A stretch of DNA of 64,000 nucleotides from Chrysomallon squamiferum (Eukaryota; Animalia; Mollusca). The stretch covers positions 19,716,001 through 19,780,000 of the forward strand of contig CM022665.1 in NCBI GenBank assembly GCA_012295275.1, in the 5' to 3' direction. Below, one piece after another: positions 43,168 through 54,500 of the stretch. A program made the translations under genes and the position numbers. The stretch's first letter is position 1, and the number at the start of each line of letters is the position of its first letter. Below the pieces are notes generated by a model that worked only from the letters and a program-made list of their open reading frames with translations, did no database searches and had not been told where the DNA came from.

Positions 43168-43317
43168 TCATATATGAATGTCTCTTACATCAGTGGGTGT
43201 GGTGGGTTGTTGAGTTAAATCACCAGACTTTGTTGGTGTCTGTGGTGCACTTTCACACACCAACAGATTGGACGATACTGTCTGTTCTACCTGTTCCTGA
43301 CACGACCTCAGACAATC
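43168..43317 (-). CDS. CCND: Cyclin D coding exon 5
   Basis: TTGCAG|[11 protein letters not shown]...[13 protein letters not shown]; translated by hand. Confidence 0.94.
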   Translation of the reverse strand, partial: DCLRSCQEQVEQTVSSNLLVCESAPQTPTKSGDLTQQPTTPTDVRDIHI

Positions 43318-46300
43318 CTGCAACAGAGAAATAACTCAAAATATTACAACCATAACAGTGTCCTTACAAATACACAGTAGCCCACCCTAGTTACAAATAC
43401 AGTGTCCTGCTCTACTTACTGATATATATGGTATACTTAAAACAGTGTCAGTGGTTCACTACAGTCAACAGTGTCAGTGGTTCACTACAGTCAACAATGT
43501 CAGTGGTTCACTACAGTCAACAGTGTCAGTGGTTCACTGCAGTCAACAGTGTCAGTGGTTCACTGCAGTCAACAGTGTCAGTGGTTCACTTTAGTCAACA
43601 GTGTCAGTGGTTCACAACAGTCGACAATGTCAGTGGTTCACAAGTCAACAATGTCAGTGGTTCACTGCAGTCAACAATGTCAGTGGTTCACAAGTCAACA
43701 ATGTCAGTGGTTCACAAGTCAACAATGTCAGTGGTTCACTGCAGTCAACAGTGTCAGTGGTTCACTACAGTCAAGAGTGTCAGTGGTTCACAAGTCAACA
43801 ATGTCAGTGGTTCACTGCAGTCAACAATGTCAGTGGTTCACAAGTCAACAATGTCAGTGGTTCACAAGTCAACAATGTCAGTGGTTCACTGCAGTCAACA
43901 GTGTCAGTGGTTCACTACAGTCAAGAGTGTCAGTGGTTCACAAGTCAACAATGTCAGTGGTTCACAAGTCAACAATGTCAGTGGTTCACTGCAGTCAACA
44001 GTGTCAGTGGTTCACTACAGTCAAGAGTGTCAGTGGTTCACAAGTCAACAATGTCAGTGGTTCACTACAGTCAACAGTGTCAGTGGTTCACTAGTCAACA
44101 ATGTCAGTGGTTCACTACAGTCAACAGTGTCAGTGGTTCACACAAAAGTCAAGTGTCAGTGGTTCACTACAGTCAACAGTGTCAGTGGTTCACAAGTTAA
44201 CAGTGCCAGTGGTTCACTACAGTCAACAGTGTCAGTGGTTCACAAGTTAACAGTGTCAGTGGTTCACTACAGTCAACAATGTCAGTGGTTCACTAGTCAA
44301 CAGTGTCAGTGGTTCACTAGTCAACAGTGTCAGTGGTTCACTACAGTCAAGAGTGTCAGTGGTTCACAAGTCAACAATGTCAGTGGTTCACTACAGTCAA
44401 CAGTGTCAGTGGTTCACTAGTCAACAATGTCAGTGGTTCACTACAGTCAACAGTGTCAGTGGTTCACAACAGTCAAGTGTCAGTGGTTCACTACAGTCAA
44501 CAGTGTCAGTGGTTCACAAGTTAACAGTGTCAGTGGTTCACTACAGTCAACAGTGTCAGTGGTTCACAAGTTAACAGTGTCAGTGGTTCACTACAGTCAA
44601 CAATGTCAGTGGTTCACTAGTCAACAGTGTCAGTGGTTCACTAGTCAACAGTGTCATTGGTTCACTAGTCAATAGTGTCAGTGGTTCACTACCACAGCTG
44701 TAACTAAACTGTGTTTGAGTCATTCACTGCAACAATGTCGGCAGACTTCAAATGATAACTGTAGACTTAAACAAATTCATTCAATGGATATTGTTTCTAT
44801 CAAAATAGAGATTTACATTTTATATTTTTTTAAATAAAATATTTTTACAATAAAATAAAAAACATAATCAATATTGCCAATTTTGTCAGTAGTCATTTGC
44901 CTCAGTGTAGTTACGGCCGTGACTGCAGACAACACTGAATGGTAGTCAATGATGTCAACAGTTCACCAGTCTGTGGTTAATGTTGGGGTGACAAAAACAA
45001 ACAATGTCCGTTAACGTACCACTTCAATGTTTGTGATTTTGTGCAGTTTCAGCAGCAGATCTGAGTCGAGCTGTCGAATCGATGAAAGACCTCGCGCAGC
45101 AGCACCAATACACCCAGCTGCTATCATCGATGGTGGATACAGCATAAATTTACAATCTGAAATTATTTTATATATCCCCATGTAAAAATACTGACATCAC
45201 AGATTTACAGTATTGAATTATTGTATACACCATATACAAATACTTATATCATAAATTTACAATCTGAAATTATTTTATATATCCCCATGTAAAAATACTG
45301 ACATCACAGATTTACAGTATTGAATTATTGTATACACCATATACAAATACTTATATCATAGATTTACTATCTGAAATTATTTTATATAATCATGTGAAAA
45401 TACTGATGGTGAATACAGCACAAAAATATGGTCTAAAATCATTTCAAATATTGGTATTTACAAATATTGATAGCATTGATTTTACACAAATAATTTCACA
45501 TATTATCATATAAAATATGACTGATTTAGTTGTAATGGTTACAACAAGAGTTATAATATTGACTTAGATGTATGACATTGTCCTAACATTCTGAAGGAAT
45601 TTAAAAAAAAAAAAAAATTGTTGACAAAATAATGTTAAGAAAAAGAAAAATCATAGAAGAGATGCATGTGAAAATCAGGTAATATTTTTGCAGGTTTTTC
45701 ATTTTATAATTTAACAGTCACCTTTTATTTGATAGCTAATTTATTTTCTGTATCTAAAGTGTACATATTCTAAAGTCATAATTATTATAAATAGCATTTT
45801 AATTTATTTTAAACAGTATTTTACTATAATGAATTTGTTAGTGTACATTACAATAAATAAAATTTTAATTTATTTTAAGTAATATTTTACTGTAACCACT
45901 CTTATTATACATTACAATAAACACTATTTTACAAACTTTTTTTTACTATTTTACTTTTTTGTAAATTATTTAACAGTATTTAAACAATATTTTATTGTTT
46001 TTCACAAACTATTTTACTGTTTTTCCAAAAATGAAAACATCAATGTTACCTGTACAACATAAAGCTATGAATGTCTGTGTGTGTCTTTTCAGTCTGTCGT
46101 AGTGGTCTTTGTCAAAAATCAGTCGGCTGAGAATCTGTTCAAGGAAATCGTGAGGAGTGATGGCTGACAAATCCCATTTCAGGTAATGAAGAACTAATGA
46201 TTCCATATCCTGCAAGAAACACAGCACAATTGTTTTATATGTGTCTTTGAATGTACCTTTACATCAGAATTGTTATATACATATCTTTGAATGTGGCTAT

Positions 46301-47506
46301 AATCAAAACTGGAATACAATTAAAACTTTTATAATTTACTTATGGTAACTACATTTTGTATATTTGGTTATTTGTCTCCTTATTGTACATTAAACACATT
46401 TATTAACAGATGCATTAAATTACTGTTATTTCAATATCTTAATTTACTAACTAAATTCTAATCAAGATTATTTAACTGTTTAAGAAAATCTAGTGTCTTC
46501 AGGAGTTAAATAAACCAAATTTATTAGATTACTATTTTTCTCCAAGACAACATATAAAATTATACAAGAAAATGGGTATGCATAAATTACAATGTACAAT
46601 TGGAAGATATTTAAAGTGTTCATATAATATATGCTATTTGTGACAAACAGTTTAAGGATTTTGCTAAAACAGATATTGCATTAAAAATAAACTTTACCAT
46701 AAGCTCCTGAAGGCCTATAGAATTGTCTGTGTACACAACTAGTTTTTCTGCTGTTAGTGGGCAGGTTTCTTTCAGCTTGGACGACAAGAACATGCATGCT
46801 GCTCCAAGCAGCTGCAAACTAGTTCTGTGAATAACTTTCACGCACAAAACGCGATCGAGATAGTTCATAGCAAGTGGAAACACCTCTTCCTCACATTTCT
46901 GCTCTTCACAAACCTGTGGGGGGAGAAAAAAATATATGAAAAGATGTATCAAATAACCCATCATTTTACCACGAAGATAATTGCTATATAACATCAGTCA
47001 TACATTTATTAAACAGATAATTTTATATATACATAAGGAAAACGACTGTAATATTAACTAAAGACAATGCAAATTCCTCACTGCATAACAGGACGCCATA
47101 TTGATATATGGCCAACAAAAGTATTTCTAACCTCAACTTGCATTCTCATTTCTAGCTCAGAAATGCAAATTATTATTTACCCCCACCCGTTTATCACAAC
47201 TTAAAATATATATAATTTCCCAAATTCACTAGTAGTAAATTCAGTGAGAAAACAACAAAAGAAAACTTTATGCAGTTTTTAAGTTTTTTGAATTGACCAT
47301 CTCACCTCCAACATCCACCGAGCAACCATCTTTCGCATGTAAGGTTTAATGTCCATTTGAAAACAAGTGAAATAGGAATGCCGTGGAACGTATTTATCCT
47401 CTGTTTGCAATAATGTCTGTAAGACACGTATGTCTTTTAGAAGAACTGGGTCTTCATAAGCTTTCTGAATGCCTTCCGATTCACAACATGCCAATCCCGG
47501 ATCCAT
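43168..47506 (-). CDS. CCND: G1/S-specific cyclin D (5 coding exons, 287 aa)
   Basis: Exons 47506-47306, 46913-46698, 46209-46050, 45156-45020 and 43317-43168, all GT-AG and phase-compatible. LACCE is the Rb-binding LxCxE. The cyclin box reads [32 protein letters not shown], followed by PPSMIAAG, and the protein ends in the [10 protein letters not shown] phosphodegron. Confidence 0.97.
43441..44692. repeat. 24/26-bp minisatellite in cyclin D intron 4 (~50 units)
   Basis: Near-invariant core TGTCAGTGGTTCAC with linkers TACAGTCAACAG / AAGTCAACAA; explains the repetitive ORFs at 43428-44675. Confidence 0.97.
45020..45156 (-). CDS. CCND: Cyclin D coding exon 4
   Basis: TTTCAG|(D)[23 protein letters not shown]...KITNIEV|GTACG; translated by hand, not in the ORF track. 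Confidence 0.93.
45143..45406. repeat. 107-bp tandem duplication (~2.5 copies) spanning the cyclin D intron 3/exon 4 acceptor
   Basis: cataaatttacaatctgaaattattttatat... starts at 45143, 45250 and (diverged) 45357. Confidence 0.9.
46050..46209 (-). CDS. CCND: Cyclin D coding exon 3
   Basis: CAG|[22 protein letters not shown]...FIALCCT-G|GTAAC, 160 nt. Confidence 0.96.
46698..46913 (-). CDS. CCND: Cyclin D coding exon 2
   Basis: CAG|[21 protein letters not shown]...LQELM|GTAAA, 216 nt. Confidence 0.96.
47306..47506 (-). CDS. CCND: Cyclin D coding exon 1
   Basis: ATG at 47506, MDPGLACCE...WMLE, donor GTGAG at 47305. Confidence 0.95.
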
Positions 47507-47629
47507 TGTGACTGTCACTTATGAGCGAAAACTACCTAATTTTCCTCTCTGAATACGTTTAATTAAGCCAGTACACGAAGATGATTAAAATATAAATCCA
47601 GAAAGGTTGTAAATATGAGGTAGAGTCGA

Positions 47630-47800
47630 TTTGATTTGGCCGGTTGCCTCCGAAGACGTGTCCAGCACTTTATGATCAACGGTTTCACAAGCCGGCCAAC
47701 AACCAAATGAATAGCAATTGACGATGTTCAATGGACAAATCTGTCACTGCGCAGGCTCAGTAGGCGTCATGTAGGGAGAATTGCTTCGAACAGTTCGCCA
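47630..47800 (-). promoter_or_regulatory. Cyclin D proximal promoter region
   Basis: CpG-richer stretch just 5' of exon 1, with NRF1-like TGCGCAGGCTCA (~47748-47759) and half-CRE CGTCA (~47765). Confidence 0.5.
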
Positions 47801-48050
47801 GTTTCAATTTTTGTTTTATGCAGTGTCAAAAATTCTATAAAAAATTCGCAAGGCAATTAAAGATATGTATTACTATGCATTGGTGAACTTTTTAATTGTG
47901 CATCGACGAAATTTGTAAAGAAAAATCTTTTTCTTTTCTTCCCCCTGTTATAAATATTCATGAACCTATAGGCTAGCTTTGTAAACAAAGAAGTTTCTTT
48001 CATTTTTTTATTTTTTTTTAACGTCCTCAGACAGTGCACCGAGTACTTTT

Positions 48051-48158
<108 letters not shown>

Positions 48159-49330
48159 CAAAGCAAACGAAAACGTAATCATATAGCATTGGTTTAACTT
48201 AATGCATGATTTTAAAAAACAAAACTATTTATTTATATATTTTATTTATTTATTTATTTTTCATCATCACCATTGTTATCATCGTTGTCGTTGTCAGTAT
48301 TATAATAAATTTTATTTCGTATTTTATTTCGTACATTCCATCACGCTGCCCTACATTCCGACGTTACACTGCCATTAAAATAGATTGTTTTTCATTTTTT
48401 ATTTATACCGTGTTCAGAAAAACGAGACAAATTATATTAGTTGTTCAGATATTATTGAAACAAATAAAACTAACTTATATAACGTATTTTTATCGCCAAA
48501 TTAAATTCTGAATGTAGGTCTATGCTAATTTATGACAATTGTCTATCAGTTGCCGAGCTACACATCTATTTTTAGATCGTCTAAGGCTAGCTAGGTTAGG
48601 TCAATCTGATCCAATCATTATTGGTCTCTTAAACTTTAAGGAAACAAGCCAATGAAGTACCTTGTTTTACAAATAATGTAGAGTAAAATAATTATGTCTG
48701 TGGCTAATCAATGAAAGAAGTTACTACGCTCCGCCCATTTACTATACTGAGAGAGAATATATTTTCTTTCAATCATTTTTCTTTTTTTCTTTATTTTTCT
48801 CTTAAATAAAAGATTTTACTATTATTATTTTTTTTGAAACGTCCTTTATCACCAAAGTTATAATTCGTAATGATGATGACGACCACGACGAAAACAACAA
48901 GAAGAATAATTCAATTTATATAGTCTTCGCGATGACGTCTACACCTCCTCCTCCTCCTACTATGAAACGCTGTCAACGCATAAATTTTATATATAAAAAA
49001 ATAAAAATAAAATAAAGATATAAATAATAATAATAATGACTGATACAGAGGTACAATTACACAAATACCTATTTTTGTATCAACATATACAGCTGGACTT
49101 TAAATACATACAGAATAAATGAATAAATGTTTAATGACAACCCAGCATGAAAAACAGGGTGCCAGACAAATATGAAAATGACTGATATAAAATAAACAGT
49201 TACAGAAAACAGATGTGATTTTCACACACTTCCAGAGATCACTGGTTATAGTTTGATGATTTTCAGTTTCTGGTGTTCTTCAGTCAATAAACAGGTCAGT
49301 ATAAGATTAGAATAGTTAGTACTCTAACAG

Positions 49331-49406
<76 letters not shown>

Positions 49407-49981
49407 GATGATTTTGAGTTTGGGTTATCTCCCTTTTATCTTGTACATGTAGAAATCGGGCAAAAATGTCTATTTTTAAAGTAATGAACGAATAAATATC
49501 AGTGTGCAAAACAAACATTTATTATGATTTATGAAATTAAAACTAATAAATGCTATTTTTGTCATGTCAGAATTTTATTTTTACCATTATATTACTGATT
49601 TTTTAAATACCTTTGTTACTAATTTTCGTTCTCATAGTTTAACATCTTAGTTAACATTTTTTTTTTTTTTTATTACTGTAAATGTATTTGTGTATTACTA
49701 TTTTTTGTTATGTGTAAATGTATTTTGTTACTAGATTTTATTATATAATGTGTTTATGAAAATGTTTATTGAAATTCAAAATGTGTTTACTAGTGTGTCT
49801 ACAGAACAGTAAAATGATAATTTAGTATTTGTTCTTCCGTGTTACTTTTACTTTTGTGTATGGCAACCAAACATTGCAATCTCACAATTTCAGGGATGTT
49901 GCCATGTCACCACTTTGGAGCTGCAGTTGTTATATCATCTTGTATAGTGTACCCAACGACAACGACAACAACAAAAAAAAA

Positions 49982-50052
<71 letters not shown>

Positions 50053-50183
50053 AAATGAAATATTATCGGCTAATCACTGAAAAAAGAAAAAAAGAAAAAA
50101 AAAAGTGTGATAAACATAGTGAGAGTGACCACGTCTGTTCTGAATAAAAATAAACAACAGACTCGGAGACGTTTTACTTTAAC

Positions 50184-50189
50184 TTTATT
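50184..50189 (-). terminator. Candidate polyA signal of the ZF gene
   Basis: AATAAA on the minus strand ~240 nt after the stop, with T-rich sequence further downstream. Confidence 0.5.
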
Positions 50190-50429
50190 AAGTCACGTCT
50201 TAACACACAGACTGCACCGTTTTCTGTAACACATAGTGTTTTTTTTTTTTGTTGTGATAACAATATCTACAAATTATTATTGTGATAACAATACAAATAA
50301 TTATTGTTATGTTTTTGTGATAACAATATCTATAAATAATTACTGTGATCTTTTTGTGATAACAATATTTACAAATGATTATTACGATATTTAGCGTGAG
50401 TGTTCACGTCACTGTTGTGATGTTTTGTT

Positions 50430-50617
50430 TCACGTCATTGTTGTGATGAGGTTCTCCGCATGTTCAGACTGAGAGGTGAGATCATCCTGAGGGATGTCGT
50501 GGATCTCCTCCACAAGAGTGCTGCCATCTAGCGATGACGACGACGTGGCGAGTTCTACGTCGTGTATGTTGTCGTCTCCAATAATCTCATCTTCACCTAA
50601 GGTCATGGTGTCATCAA
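50430..50617 (-). CDS. ZF gene last coding exon
   Basis: CTCTCAG|VDDTMTLGEDEIIGDDNIHDVEL...ENLITTMT*; acidic, phase 1 matches the previous exon. Confidence 0.8.
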
Positions 50618-51462
50618 CTGAGAGTAAAATTGTATATTAGTAATATTTTCTCAGTCATATCATTATTGAGCATAATTCTGAAATATCATTATTACTGAAA
50701 TTACTGAAAAAATAGAACATTACTAAACGTAATTCTGAACGATATCATCACTGATATTAAAACATAACAAAATGTAATTCTGAAATAACATTATTACTGA
50801 AATTAAAACATTACTAACGTAATTTTGAAATAATATTATCACTGAAATTAAAACATAAATAAACGTAATTCTGAAACAGCATTATTATTGAAATTAAAAC
50901 ATTACTAAACGTAATTCTGAAATAATATTATTACTGAAATTAAAACATTACTAAAGGTAATTCTGAACGATATCATCAATGAAATTAAAACATTACCAAA
51001 CATAACTCTGAAAAAAAGATTATACTGAAATTAAAATATTACTAAATGTAACTCTGAAATAATATCATCACTGCAATTAAAACATTACTAAATGTAATTC
51101 TGAAATAACATTATTACTGAAATTAAAATATTATTAAATGCAGTTCTGACATACCATTATCACTGAAAACACTAACAAATGAAACTTGAGGTCAGTGGAC
51201 ACAGTTATTCATGCTCAGTGAGATATAAGTAGCTTACTGACAGGTAACAAATTAACTGTCTGTGATATATATTATGGTTACCAAATACAATAATATTTTC
51301 AATATTCAAGTCCTTAAAAACAATCAGAGATCAGTGTTTGTTTGTTTAGTGTAATACACATTTTTTTTACTGGACGAGTATCACAGTCAAAATAAGTACA
51401 TTCCAACAATGTTTCCCGTTAAAACCCTTTTTTGGTATGTTTAGACTAGAAATTAACCACTT

Positions 51463-51509
<47 letters not shown>

Positions 51510-54500
51510 AGCTAAATTTATACATACACACATATACAAAAACAGATTTATACATACATACATGCAAAAACACACACGCACATACGCACACAAATACACA
51601 CATACCCATACAATTAACAAGAAGCACACATACACACATTAAATTACTGGAATAAAGAAAACAGTGTTAACGTTAGTGACTTTGACTGAAAAATTACACA
51701 GAGAATTAACTGACAAGGACATGTTAAAATTAATTCCGATCACAATGACGTAGTTTGCAGTCTTAATTTGAATACAGCTGTTTATAGAGAATATCTTTCT
51801 GCTTGGCTGAACAGGAATTTGCCAGTGGAACAAGCTGACCTAGTTAACGAGTGTGAGGTAATCAGGTACATCGTCTGCCCCACAATAGTACAACTAGGTC
51901 AGATAACTGCTTCATAGATCAGTCTGTACGTTAACTTCAAATACCTTTAATACAACGCTGATTAGTAAAAACTATACAGCGTGCAGTATAACGGGATTTT
52001 ATGATTATGAGAAAGATGTACAATTACTTAAACCAAATATGGCCGGATTTTGTGATAAAAGAAAGATGCCATAGTAGCTGTTTGGTATACCTGGTAAAAT
52101 ATATAATTGGAAATAACATAGGTATGAACTCAACTTTATTTACTCTCAGGTCATATGAGAATATGTAAATACAATTAATATATCAACATGGTGAGTTTAC
52201 AATAATGTAATTAATAATACAAATATACAGGGGGAAACTGAGGACTGATGAGCCACCCCATAATCTTCTGACTGTGAAATGGTAGTGAGATCTATCCACC
52301 ATGAGTGCAACTACTATACATGTGACTTTCACCCATATTGTTTAGAGAGGATTGGAGCAGTCCATCAACATACCAGTTAAAAAGAAGGTTACTGTCTACC
52401 TTGAGTAATTTTTGTGTTTTGGTTACAGTTTAATTTTAAGGTGATAATATATATTTCATAGATCCTGTAAAGGTTTGTGGTTTTTGTTTGTAATTTCTTT
52501 TGACTTCTAAATACAGTTTTAGTCGTGTGTTTCTATGTGTTTCTATGGCACACTGGGCTAACGTAATGAAGGTGGTGTTGGGGACCAATGAGCCGTTTTC
52601 TGTGGGGTTTGATGAGCCATGTTTGGGTCCCATGGGCAGGTGGCTTATTGGATCCAACTGCATTTCCAAGGAATGTATAGCTATAAAATAAATATTATTT
52701 GATAGATAATTAATTACTGGTATAACCTTTTTTCAAGATAGACTAGAGTGCTGAATCTGGTATAAAGAAAATGCCTAGGAAGAAAGAACAGAAGACAGTC
52801 TGAGGTCACTTCTCAGCAGAGCTAATAGAGAATACTGTTCACTACATCAGTAATCACACAACCAAAAGATAACGAAGACCAGTTTCTCAAAAACTCTCCC
52901 AGGCATACTATGTCATGTGCATTTGTTAACCTGTCCAGGAAGACATAAGCTCAGTCAAGGCAGATTTGATTTGGATGTCCTTGCTGAACCTGCTGTCCTT
53001 GCAAACTACCAAAAGACAGAAGGGAATCATACAATTCAGTGGCAATTTTGATGGATTCAATCTTGAATAAGATTCAGCATTAGTTTAGGACTCTTGAAAT
53101 TACACTGAAACCATGGAGTCAGTAGCAAAGTTTGCCCTAGACAGGAATGAGAAAAAAGAAGAAAAGATTTACATATATGTTGTTTCAAGCTAGTTTCACT
53201 ATTTGAGATCATGGCCCATAGGACCCCAATGGTTGGCTCATTGGTCAATTACCCTGTTTCGTAAGTGTCTCCCATAATGATGTTGTTGAAGGCAACCTAT
53301 CAAACTCTGTATTGCAATTGACAGCAATAATGCCTCTGTAAGCATCAACAGTTTTTCAAACAACAGCTATCAAGGTTTGGGTTAAATGGCCAAATTTTTA
53401 AAAAATGTCTCTTTGGTCCCCAGTTTCCCCTACAATATACCAATATATCAGCCAGAGGATTTGACAAAATTCATGACTAAATTACAGAAAACAGAATGTT
53501 TTTCTAAGGATACCAGCCTTCTTGGAGTTAAATAATTTATAAAACTTACGAATACTTGATTTAGACTGACAGAAAAATGGTAGATAACGGTTCCTTAAAC
53601 ATTGAGTTATCTGTCAGAACTGAACAAATGGTAAGTTAGGGTCTGATACCATGTTTTTCATGTTTAACTACAGTGACACTGGTTTTGTTCTGGATTAATG
53701 TGACTCACACAGACCTAGTGTGAATGTCTTGCTAAAAAAAAATTAGCTGATCTAGATGGATAAATAATAAATATATTAGAGCTAGAAAAACAACAGGACC
53801 ATTTTTTTAGCTAGTAAAGACAAGAAAATGCTCACATTTGTATCACATACACAAAGATAGTCTTAAACATACTGTTCACAATAAACTGAAATGAACTTCT
53901 ATTTTCTAAAAAAACAGTATCAAAAAAAAAAAAAATGTCAGTGGAGTAACAGACAGTGAAAAATAAATTATCAAAAATTAAAATACACCACTGTTTCATT
54001 CACTAAATAAATACATACTTTATTGCAGTATAAATAAATACATGGGTGCAGTATGAATAAATACAGTAGTGCATTATAAATAATATATTAGTGCAATATG
54101 AATAAATATAATTTATATAATATTAGTAAACACAGAAACAATAAACATTTTTACAACAAATAACAAAATATGTTTATTATACCTTCTAGGCCATCAACTT
54201 GTTCTACTGTTATGTCCACTTGCTGTCCATCCACTTGTTCCACTCTGATGTCCACCTGTTGTCCATCCACCTCTATCTGTTGAGGCTCCTGAAACTGCAG
54301 TTCTGGGGGGATCTGAATGGTAGCCCGAGTCACACGTCCGGTTGACGTGGCAATGGCCAAAGCCTGCTCAATCATTAACATATCACATGTCTGCTTCTGA
54401 TGTTCCTGAATAAAACATATAAATACATACATATATAATACATACACATACACACATATATACACATTTTATATAATAAATATGTACAGTACTGTAAAGT

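Noticed and set aside
43428-44675. Long ORFs (330, 207, 199 aa) and CRISPR-like constant-core array
   Set aside because: All three frames give the same permuted peptides because of a stop-poor minisatellite. Linkers are 10-12 nt and recurrent, not unique spacers. There are no cas genes, and the array lies in a eukaryotic intron.
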